Assembly (NCBI GenBank): GCA_038893995.1 | Contig: JAWAQK010000001.1 | Location: forward strand, 43,776 to 107,775 | Direction: 5' to 3' | Source: Candidatus Thorarchaeota archaeon | Lineage (GTDB): Archaea > Asgardarchaeota > Thorarchaeia > Thorarchaeales > Thorarchaeaceae | DNA: 64,000 nt | Part shown: piece after piece, positions 9,702 to 17,728 of the stretch | Layout: every line of letters begins with the position of its first letter | Numbering within the stretch: the stretch's first letter is position 1 | Made by a program: the position numbers and the translations under genes | The notes under the pieces: generated by a model | What the model saw: only the letters and a program-made list of their open reading frames with translations | What the model was told of the DNA's origin: nothing | The model's database searches: none

Positions 9702-10556
9702 CTATGACTGCTCGTCCTCAACTACCGAAGCTATTCGAAGGGACCTTACAATCTCCTTGCACCGGGTTCTCAGTGTCACCTCGGTCACTCCGGCACTGAG
9801 CGCAATGGTCGCCTGGGGAATCCAGCAGTTGAGGTGTCTTCCTGCCAAGTAGATGGCCGCAGCCGCCATACCCCACGGATCCCTTCCAGCGACAAGTCCT
9901 CGCTTCTTTGACTCCTCGACTATGTCACACGCGTGCTTCACAACTTCGGTTCTAAGGTGCAGCTCTGCAGCCACACTCCTCACAGCCGCAGTCGGGTCAG
10001 GAGGAGGCGGTCTCAGGTGTAGCGAGCGGGCAACGATCCTGAATACCCTTTTGAGACGCTCTTCTGACACTCCAGCCATGCTTGCAACTCTGCCTAATTG
10101 TACAGGCTCTCCGGACATCCTACAGGCCGCATACACGGCAGCAGATACCAGTACGTCTCTGGATCGACCTCGAAGACAAACATGGCCAAACGCATCTCTC
10201 AGTATTCCCGATGCGATGACCCTGGTCTCATCGGGGATACCAAGCTTGAATGCGAGCGAGTGAAGACTGAACAGTGAATCACTCAGAAGACGTCTGCCCC
10301 TACGCTGGGATCTCACAGACAGTCTCCTCGTGATGTCAGTCCTGGGGCTTGTCACGCGACCAGGTCCGGAGTGTGTTGCAAGTGCAGTGTCTGCATTCGT
10401 CGACGTACCTGACGTCGTAGCACGAAGGGCATCCCGACCGGAGCCAGAAACGGACTTGACACTCGGGTCGTGACGATCTGAGGGAGAGTAATAGTCGTCA
10501 AGACGCGACTGCCAGTTGTGGTCTAGGTGGTCAGACTCACCGTCTCGCACTCTCAC
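9702..10556 (-). CDS. TFB/TFIIB-like protein with two cyclin repeats but no N-terminal zinc ribbon or B-reader.
   Basis: Two TFIIB-type cyclin repeats, RDVLVSAAVYAACRMSGEPVQLGRVASMAGVSEERLKRVFRIVARSL and RDPWGMAAAAIYLAGRHLNCWIPQATIALSAGVTEVTLRTRCKEIVRSL. The N-terminal 110 aa is low-complexity (S/T/R-rich) and has no CxxC pairs. Confidence 0.6.
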   Translation of the reverse strand: MRVRDGESDHLDHNWQSRLDDYYSPSDRHDPSVKSVSGSGRDALRATTSGTSTNADTALATHSGPGRVTSPRTDITRRLSVRSQRRGRRLLSDSLFSLHSLAFKLGIPDETRVIASGILRDAFGHVCLRGRSRDVLVSAAVYAACRMSGEPVQLGRVASMAGVSEERLKRVFRIVARSLHLRPPPPDPTAAVRSVAAELHLRTEVVKHACDIVEESKKRGLVAGRDPWGMAAAAIYLAGRHLNCWIPQATIALSAGVTEVTLRTRCKEIVRSLRIASVVEDEQS

Positions 10557-10825
10557 CCATAGCCCCTTTGCTAGTCAGTCCTACCGTGGCATCGACGTCT
10601 GATATAGGTAAGGCTCACCATGAATAGTGTTTGTCGTTTTTATGAGTTGTTGCGATATCCACAAGAGATCCTACCCGGATAAGACTGTCCAGACGGATAC
10701 TTCGGTCGACTTCGTCTCGCGCACCGTTTCTAATGCTCACTGGAGAGCTGCGGCAAATCATCCTTAGCTGCACAGGACAGCGTGGTATGAACAGCAGTCG
10801 GAGCCGGATTCGGACGCCATTGCCC

Positions 10826-12970
10826 TCATCCCAGCGAGTATCTGTATCTGTCAATGAACTCTCGTTTCTTGGAGGATCCCCACGAACTCAGTGATTGGCT
10901 GTAGCCAGTGATGCGCGATATGACCTCGACGCCCACATAACCACATCTCGGGCAGGGTATCCTACTGAGTTCATCAACCGAGTTGAACTTCGTGACTCGC
11001 CAATCGATACCGCCCTGGTAGGAGCACTTTGGACAGACTAGAATGTCTTTGGTGAAAGCCCAATATGCTGCCAGAGTTTCCCGAGCGATCTTGAGGTTGA
11101 GCCTCCACAGAGCATCAGGATCAGGATCTGCCTCACCCAGGAACACGTGTGTCAGTGCGCCTCCATCCATATAGGGATGGAACATGGCCTCTTTCTTGAC
11201 GCGTTCAGTCAGAGGCAGACCCGCACCGACGTAGAGGCAAGTGCTATTCGTGTAGTAGACATCGGGGGCCTCTCCCTTCAGGTATTTCCTGATTCCTGGG
11301 TATAGCCTGTAGTCCTTCATCGCTAGTCGTCCGGCCGCGGTCTCAGCCGGCGTTCGGGTCACACCGAAATGCAGACCAGTTTCCTCCTTGAACTCGTCAG
11401 CCCTGGCCTTCAGGTGTTTCAGCACCTTTATTCCAAAGCGTGTGCCTTCCCTCTCGTGAAGAGGATATCCAGTCACTATCTCAGCCATCTCGTTAAAGCC
11501 CACCGTACCAAGCAGATACTCTCTCCTCGTGACATCAATGAGTGGCTTTCCGTTGGGCTTGGGCTGTGTGTAGAATGGCACACTGCCGCTCTCAATCAGC
11601 TTCTGCATCAGTCGCTTCTTCTCAAGAATGACGCCCTTGCAGAGCTCAATGTACTCGTCAAGCTTGGCAAAGAATCTGGCCTCGTCAGCCCGGCCGAGCC
11701 ACGCCGCACGACCGAAGTTTGGAGTGACCATCTGCGATGCTCCGAATACCATATTTCCTGTGAGGAACTCTTCCATCTCTTCCTCGCTACTTGCGGTCCA
11801 AAGATGGGAACAACAGCTACTACAACCGGCCTCAATGCTCGATCTCCAGTTGAGGTAGTTCTCAAAATAGGGTGAACCAAACTTGGCAGCCAACTCTGAT
11901 ACAAGTCGCCAAGAACCTTCGTGTTCAGGAGTCATGAACTCCTCGCGCAGGACTATGTTCGGCTTGGGGAAATTGAAGCCCTTGCCTCTGGCATCTCCTG
12001 CAATCATGACCTCCATGAATGCATCGAAGAACTCACGTGCCTCCAGGTCAAAATCGCCATAGGTGAGATCAGTGACCTTGCCTCCCGGCAGGACAGCAGG
12101 TACATCGCGCATTATCTTTGGGATTCCCGGGGTCAGATCGATTGATGAGAAGATCACCTGGCCACCACGGGCAACATATTGCTGGGTGAGTGTGAATATC
12201 AGTTGCTGAGCGGCCTGTTTGATCTCCCTAAAGGTGTGGCCTCTCATGAAGGGCGCAAGGAAAGTGTTGTAGAAGAAGAATCCCTGTCCCCCTGCGAATG
12301 AGCTCTGGGCAGCAGCTAGCCATATGGCAGAGTGATTGACGGCGACGTTCAGATGCTGAGCCGGCCCAGCAGCACTCGAATGCATGCCTCCCAGTCCATC
12401 AGGTGCGATTCCCAGAAGGAGTACCTGGCGCAGGTCCCATGTCGCACAGTAATCACGTGTGGAGAAATACTCTCTGTCCTTGATGTAGATGTCACCCCTC
12501 AGGTGTGCATCGGCCAGCTTGGGGGGAATAGTCAGATAGCAGTGTTGCTCCATGACCTGGTCGTGGACAAGTTTTGCAATCGTCTCGGGGTTGCGCATGA
12601 GATTGGCATTCGACGTGAATAGCCCAGGACTGCTTATGAGTTGGTTCAGGTCATAGATGGGTATACCGACCCGTGTATACCTGATACGCTCTGCCTCCAG
12701 CCCCATTTCCGCCAAGACACTGTTGCACATCTCACGTATCAGGGGACCAGAGAGAAACTTGATTCCGGAGGCGGCAATCCGATCCATCACCTTCAGTGCA
12801 ACTGTTCGTGCAATGGTTTCACTCATGCCGGTCTCGCGCACTAGGCTGCCCACTATACGGCTGGAGTCGAATGGTTCCATTGTGCTGCTTGTAGTACGCA
12901 CCTGGGGGAGCTTCTTCTCCCTGGACTTGACGCTCTCCAAGTCAGCACCGGTTTCTGTGATCTCGGTCAT
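10826..12970 (-). CDS. nrdD: Anaerobic (class III) ribonucleoside-triphosphate reductase with an N-terminal ATP-cone.
   Basis: 714 aa. ATP-cone region (SRIVGSLVRETGMSETIARTVALKV). C-terminal Zn site (CPKCSY...CPRCGY) and glycyl-radical motif (SRITGYSQ). Confidence 0.85.
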   Translation of the reverse strand: MTEITETGADLESVKSREKKLPQVRTTSSTMEPFDSSRIVGSLVRETGMSETIARTVALKVMDRIAASGIKFLSGPLIREMCNSVLAEMGLEAERIRYTRVGIPIYDLNQLISSPGLFTSNANLMRNPETIAKLVHDQVMEQHCYLTIPPKLADAHLRGDIYIKDREYFSTRDYCATWDLRQVLLLGIAPDGLGGMHSSAAGPAQHLNVAVNHSAIWLAAAQSSFAGGQGFFFYNTFLAPFMRGHTFREIKQAAQQLIFTLTQQYVARGGQVIFSSIDLTPGIPKIMRDVPAVLPGGKVTDLTYGDFDLEAREFFDAFMEVMIAGDARGKGFNFPKPNIVLREEFMTPEHEGSWRLVSELAAKFGSPYFENYLNWRSSIEAGCSSCCSHLWTASSEEEMEEFLTGNMVFGASQMVTPNFGRAAWLGRADEARFFAKLDEYIELCKGVILEKKRLMQKLIESGSVPFYTQPKPNGKPLIDVTRREYLLGTVGFNEMAEIVTGYPLHEREGTRFGIKVLKHLKARADEFKEETGLHFGVTRTPAETAAGRLAMKDYRLYPGIRKYLKGEAPDVYYTNSTCLYVGAGLPLTERVKKEAMFHPYMDGGALTHVFLGEADPDPDALWRLNLKIARETLAAYWAFTKDILVCPKCSYQGGIDWRVTKFNSVDELSRIPCPRCGYVGVEVISRITGYSQSLSSWGSSKKREFIDRYRYSLG

Positions 12971-13320
12971 TTTCCGTTCACCCCGACAGCCTCTCGGACT
13001 TGTTCGACTGTTGGAACCCTACCGCTCCACAAGACTGTCAGTCCCTTGCCATTCTCAACAAGAATGGTGGGCGTTGATGCAATAAAGACTTGTGCCTCTA
13101 ACAGTCTGTACTCGAAGTCAGGGTCCATCTCATCAAGATCAACTTCCTTAACAGACACACACGTTCCCTCGAGGGCCTCAGACAGTACCAGCTTTGCAGC
13201 TGGACAATTGACGCACCCCTTCTGTGTGATCAGATAGACCGTAGTCAAGTCAGCTTGTCCTCCCGACGACATCTGCAAGCACCCGGCGCCTGTATTGATC
13301 ACAGGTACTGGAGATGACAC
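12967..13320 (-). CDS. Glutaredoxin/NrdH-like redoxin.
   Basis: CVNC active site preceded by a beta-strand (TVYLITQKGCVNCP). Overlaps the nrdD start by 4 nt. An alternative start at the internal Met (13272) gives a 101-aa protein. Confidence 0.6.
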   Translation of the reverse strand: MSSPVPVINTGAGCLQMSSGGQADLTTVYLITQKGCVNCPAAKLVLSEALEGTCVSVKEVDLDEMDPDFEYRLLEAQVFIASTPTILVENGKGLTVLWSGRVPTVEQVREAVGVNGK

Positions 13321-13610
13321 CTACGGTTGAATAAAAGTCTTGGCACACCGGAATCTTCCAGCATGGAGCGCTCTGTAGGCTCTTGGAGCCCTTGCTCGAA
13401 CGGGTGTGATACATTGTCAGAGTCATGTGCCCGGTGACCCTTAAGAGCTCCTACGAGGAACACTTCCAGAATCAGGTCGGGCGAATTGCAGTCGCACCGG
13501 ATGACTCGTGACGCGAGAGGGGGACAGGACTCGCTGCACTGCTCACCCCTCCTTGCAGGATTGCGCCACAGACACCTGGACGGAATTGCTAAGACGACCG
13601 TGTTCTGACC

Positions 13611-14318
13611 ATGTCACGAAGGCAAGGAGAATCTCCAGAGAGGACAACAAATCATAATAGGTTCATGCAGAACGACGCCAACAGGTACGAGGCAATGCCC
13701 ATCTATCTGAGAGCAAGGACGCCCGCGGCTGGATGGCGAATGGTTGTAAGAAGAATCATGGAATCGGGAAACACTAGACTTGACGAGCGAGGACTGGAGA
13801 CCCTTTGGCTCGACAACGTGATGATCCACGTCCAGGATCCCTACACCGACAGACTGGCATCCGAGTACCCATTCAGCGAGGATGTGATCAAGAACAAGTA
13901 CGCAACTCAATTACTCACGCCTGACAGGTTGGACTTCGAGTATACGTACGGTGAACGACTCAATGCTTGGGGTGACGAGAGGATCAACCAGGTACAGTAT
14001 GTAATAAGGAAACTTCGAGAGAACAAGAATACCCGTCGCGCCGTGGCGACCACCTGGGACCCGAGGAGGGACCACAAGACTGACGAGGTCCCCTGCCTGA
14101 ACCATTTCGTGTTCATGACCAGAGAGGAGGAACTGGATGTCTCGGTAATGATCAGGTCCAACGACATGTTTGGTGCATGGCCGGCGAACGTCTATGGAGT
14201 GTCGGAGCTACTCAGAAAGATCTCAGCAGACACTGGACTCCGACCGGGAAGAGTCACGACCCTGTCAGTCAATGCTCACATATACAGACACGACTGGGAG
14301 AGAGCATCTACAATCTGA
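13611..14318 (+). CDS. thyA: Thymidylate synthase (ThyA family, short archaeal type).
   Basis: RRAVATTWDPRRD, the catalytic PC in EVPCLNHFVFM, and RSNDMFGAWPANVYGVSELL together match ThyA core motifs (Cys nucleophile, RSxD, GxPxN). Confidence 0.6.
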   Translation: MSRRQGESPERTTNHNRFMQNDANRYEAMPIYLRARTPAAGWRMVVRRIMESGNTRLDERGLETLWLDNVMIHVQDPYTDRLASEYPFSEDVIKNKYATQLLTPDRLDFEYTYGERLNAWGDERINQVQYVIRKLRENKNTRRAVATTWDPRRDHKTDEVPCLNHFVFMTREEELDVSVMIRSNDMFGAWPANVYGVSELLRKISADTGLRPGRVTTLSVNAHIYRHDWERASTI

Positions 14319-14346
14319 TTGGCAGAGCGGTTGTCTTCAATACAGG

Positions 14347-15009
14347 ATGGGCCAGATAGTGACGGAGCGTGCTGCAATGAGACATTCGAGTCGAGGACTA
14401 TCCGATCTGGATGACACTGATCGAAGCATAGTTGCAATACTTCGGTCCAATGGACGTACTAGTCTGTCTCAGATAGGTAGGCGGCTTGGCCTGTCGCACG
14501 TTGCAATCAAGAACAGGATCGACAGGCTGGTCAGGAGGGGACTCCTTCGAGTATCAGCCAACCTAGGTCTGACGAAATTGGGAATGCGTGTGATGTTTAT
14601 CCTATTGACTCTTGACGACCCCAAGTGTGCGGACCACCTGGCAGCAAAGTACTCTGGGTGTCCTCGTGCACTGATAGTAACTCAGCTGACAGGGAAGTAT
14701 CATCTCGCAATGACTATTGTTGCAGAGGACGACAAGTGCCTCGAGTCAATCAGCATGAATCACTCCGTACTGAGAGAGCCGTGTGTGAGCAATGCCGAGC
14801 TCCATAGGGGAACAGTGGTTGCGGAGTCCCGGCATCTCCCCACGGATGTCATACAGGAAACCAACAGCAACTGCAGTACAGCATGCGAGAGATCATGTGC
14901 TGAGTGCAGCCACTATCGCTCAAGGGACTGCCCCGCGTGTCCCGGCACTGTGTGGTACAGATGCAGTGGTGCCGGTCCCTGTGTCAATGGCAGCATGAGG
15001 AAGAGTTAA
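14347..15009 (+). CDS. Lrp/AsnC-family transcriptional regulator with a Cys-rich C-terminal tail.
   Basis: HTH region DDTDRSIVAILRSNGRTSLSQIGRRLGLSHVAIKNRIDRLVRRGLL followed by a RAM-like domain. The tail is CSTACERSCAECSHYRSRDCPACPG. Start chosen at the internal ATG 14347, just after the thyA stop. The ORF track starts at 14170, overlapping thyA. Confidence 0.6.
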   Translation: MGQIVTERAAMRHSSRGLSDLDDTDRSIVAILRSNGRTSLSQIGRRLGLSHVAIKNRIDRLVRRGLLRVSANLGLTKLGMRVMFILLTLDDPKCADHLAAKYSGCPRALIVTQLTGKYHLAMTIVAEDDKCLESISMNHSVLREPCVSNAELHRGTVVAESRHLPTDVIQETNSNCSTACERSCAECSHYRSRDCPACPGTVWYRCSGAGPCVNGSMRKS

Positions 15010-15043
15010 CTCGCCATCGTGAAGGGTTCAGCACGGTGTCTGC

Positions 15044-15634
15044 ATGACAGGCAAGTTCATACATCCTCTTGCGGTCGTCGAGGAAGGAGCTACAATAGGC
15101 GATGGGACCCGGATCTGGCACTTTGCCCATGTCAGGTCTGGAGCCCGGATTGGTGAGAACTGCAACATTGGAAAGGACGTATACATTGACGCGGGTGTGA
15201 CGATAGGAAACCGTGTCAAGATACAGAACGGGGTATCAGTATACCACGGTGTGAGCATCGAGGATGATGTGTTCTGTGGGCCACACATGACCTTTACAAA
15301 TGACATGTACCCCCGTGCGTTCTCGTCCAGCTGGGAAGTCGTGAAGACCCTCGTTAAGAGGGGTGCATCAATAGGGGCACATGCAACAATCGTATGCGAT
15401 ACAGTCCTTGGGGAGTATTGCATGGTCGGCAGCGGCGCGGTCGTGACCAGAGATGTTCCTCCCCACGCACTGGTGGTGGGCAATCCAGCCCGCATAATAG
15501 GATTTGTCTGCTTCTGCGGACAACCTCTGAGAGAGGAGGTACATCGGACTGGCGAGGAAGTAGTATTTAGATGCGGGAAGTGTCGCGAGCAGGTCACGAT
15601 ACCAGTGTCCGTCTACAATCAGAGAGTTGAGTAG
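15044..15634 (+). CDS. Hexapeptide-repeat (left-handed beta-helix) acyl/acetyltransferase.
   Basis: Repeated [LIV]-G-x-x-x-x hexads (IGDGTRIWHFAHVRSGARIGENCNIGKDVYIDAGVTIGNRVKIQNGVSV). 196 aa, with a C-terminal CxxC...CxxC tail. Confidence 0.7.
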   Translation: MTGKFIHPLAVVEEGATIGDGTRIWHFAHVRSGARIGENCNIGKDVYIDAGVTIGNRVKIQNGVSVYHGVSIEDDVFCGPHMTFTNDMYPRAFSSSWEVVKTLVKRGASIGAHATIVCDTVLGEYCMVGSGAVVTRDVPPHALVVGNPARIIGFVCFCGQPLREEVHRTGEEVVFRCGKCREQVTIPVSVYNQRVE

Positions 15635-15639
15635 AGTCC

Positions 15640-17724
15640 TTGGCTCATCTGTACAAGAGATTCGTTGGAGAGAAGGTCGTAGGTCTCCTTGAGAACATCA
15701 AGAACATCAGGAACTGTACAGTGATTGCCCACATCGATCATGGAAAGACGACCCTGACAGACTCCCTCATTGCAGCGTCGGGCCTCCTATCGGACGACCT
15801 GGCTGCGTCTGTGAAGCTCCTAGACTACGATGCCATTGAGCAACAGAGAGGCATTACTATCAAGGCATCCAGCATATCGCTGGTCCATAGGAGGAACGGA
15901 CAGGACTTCCTAATACACCTGATCGACACACCGGGCCACATAGACTTCTCATTCCACGTCACCAAGGGACTCAGGATGGCAGACGGAGCCATCGTCGTGG
16001 TTGACATAGTCGAGGGTATAATGGTACAGACTGAGACTGTGACACGTCAGGCGGCCACTGAACTCGTCAGACCAGTGTTGTTTGTCAACAAGATAGACAG
16101 ACTGATATCTGAGAAGCAATACGGAGCCCAGAGGATCGCGTCAGAGGCGGGTCGAATCGTAACAGAGTTCAACGCAATGCTAGGCAAGTATCTACCCGAT
16201 GAGATCCTCAGTGAATGGGAGGTGTCATTTCGACGAGGGTCCCTGGTCATCGGTTCGGCTCTGGACAAATGGGGAATTGACATCGTTGCACTCATGCATC
16301 GGGCCGGAAACGATCGGCAGCCCAGGAAACTCGAGAGAGCACTCATGGAGATCCTTGAGGATATCGTGTCCCTATACAGAGAGGGTCAGGAGCAGGTCCT
16401 CTCGAGAAGATATCCACTGGCCAGGTGCGTCCTAGACGCAGTCGCTGATAGCGTGCCCAGTCCGGATGTTGCCCAGTCATATAGAGTCAGACACTTCTGG
16501 CGTGGCGATACTGAGTCTGACGTTGGTAGGGCCCTGCTGAGATGCGAGAGAGATACGGGCTGCATAGTGTCCGTGGGCGATGTTCAGTCAGACAGACATG
16601 CTGGGACTGTCGCAGCCGTACGCGTGATGACTGGCAGGCTCACAAGAGGTCATGAACTACGGAATCTGAGGACGGGGAAGGTGTCAAGAACCCTGCAGGT
16701 AGGGCTATTCATGTCCAAGACCAGGGTTCCTGTCGATACAGTCCCTGCGGGAAATCTCGCATTCATCACTGGCATTTCCGAAGTGGCAATTGGCGACACG
16801 CTCGTGGAGGGGGACATGCCCAAGATCCAGCCGCTTGATGAACCTCAGTATCCAACTGAACCCGTCGTCACCTACAGTGTGGAGCCCAGGAACCTCGCGG
16901 ACCTGAAGAACATACAGGAACCAATCATGAGGATGGTCCAGTCGGACCCTTCACTCGAGTTCTATGTGAGTCCGGACTCTGGCGAAAACCTGCTCTCGGG
17001 AGCTGGCGAACTTCACATCGAGATAGTGGTGGAGAAGTTGGCCAGAGAGGGAGTGGAGATAGTCGTTGGGAAGCCGATGGTAGTACTCAAGGAGCAGATG
17101 GCCCACGATGGGGAGACCCAAGAAGCGGGAGGAGGAGATGTCAGCTGGTTCAGGGTCCGTGCCCTGCTCACACCAGAAGGACTTGAGTCACCGCCTCCCG
17201 GTACCGTATTCTCAGATGCAAGACAGGGATGCTACCTAGTGGACCAGACAGGCACCATCAACGCACAAAGTCCGGCGTTCGAGTGGGTGGTCGACGGATT
17301 CAAGACCCTGATACGTAATGGGCCTGTGTCCGGGGAGAGGATGAGACGGTTGACAATCAGGATCGAGGATGCCACGATAGTTGCAAGCACACCTGAAACA
17401 TCGTGGAGGGATGTCACACAGCCACTGATTGATGCGTCTAGGGCCAGCATCCTGAGTGGTAAGCCCATGCTGATGGAGCCATGGACAAGGCTTGAGATCA
17501 ACACCCCTGGCCAATACGTCGGTGACGTGAGTGCAATAGTAGCCCGTAGGGGAGGCAGGATAATCGATCTGACTTCGACCAGGTTCATGTTCAAGATAGA
17601 GGCCGAGATACCAGTGAGACAGTCATTCGGATTCTCGACGGAGCTGAGGACTGCGACATCAGGATGGGCGACCTGGGGCGCGCGCTCGGGCGGATATCGA
17701 CCAGTCAGCAATGATAGATCATGA
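15640..17724 (+). CDS. Divergent EF-2/EF-G-family GTPase paralog.
   Basis: G1 AHIDHGKTT, G3 DTPGH, G4 NKID and five-domain length (694 aa). Domain IV reads EDATIVASTPETSWRDV with no His at the diphthamide position. It lies 5 bp downstream of the acyltransferase gene. Confidence 0.8.
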   Translation: MAHLYKRFVGEKVVGLLENIKNIRNCTVIAHIDHGKTTLTDSLIAASGLLSDDLAASVKLLDYDAIEQQRGITIKASSISLVHRRNGQDFLIHLIDTPGHIDFSFHVTKGLRMADGAIVVVDIVEGIMVQTETVTRQAATELVRPVLFVNKIDRLISEKQYGAQRIASEAGRIVTEFNAMLGKYLPDEILSEWEVSFRRGSLVIGSALDKWGIDIVALMHRAGNDRQPRKLERALMEILEDIVSLYREGQEQVLSRRYPLARCVLDAVADSVPSPDVAQSYRVRHFWRGDTESDVGRALLRCERDTGCIVSVGDVQSDRHAGTVAAVRVMTGRLTRGHELRNLRTGKVSRTLQVGLFMSKTRVPVDTVPAGNLAFITGISEVAIGDTLVEGDMPKIQPLDEPQYPTEPVVTYSVEPRNLADLKNIQEPIMRMVQSDPSLEFYVSPDSGENLLSGAGELHIEIVVEKLAREGVEIVVGKPMVVLKEQMAHDGETQEAGGGDVSWFRVRALLTPEGLESPPPGTVFSDARQGCYLVDQTGTINAQSPAFEWVVDGFKTLIRNGPVSGERMRRLTIRIEDATIVASTPETSWRDVTQPLIDASRASILSGKPMLMEPWTRLEINTPGQYVGDVSAIVARRGGRIIDLTSTRFMFKIEAEIPVRQSFGFSTELRTATSGWATWGARSGGYRPVSNDRS

Positions 17725-17728
17725 GAGC

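Noticed and set aside
11369-11875. 168-aa antisense ORF inside nrdD, and similar ones at 11608..11904 and 12657..13085.
   Set aside because: They lie entirely within the strongly supported class III RNR gene on the opposite strand, and no motifs were found.
15028-15597. 189-aa minus-strand ORF overlapping the hexapeptide acyltransferase gene.
   Set aside because: The + strand translation shows a regular hexapeptide-repeat pattern, and the antisense frame is a compositional artefact.
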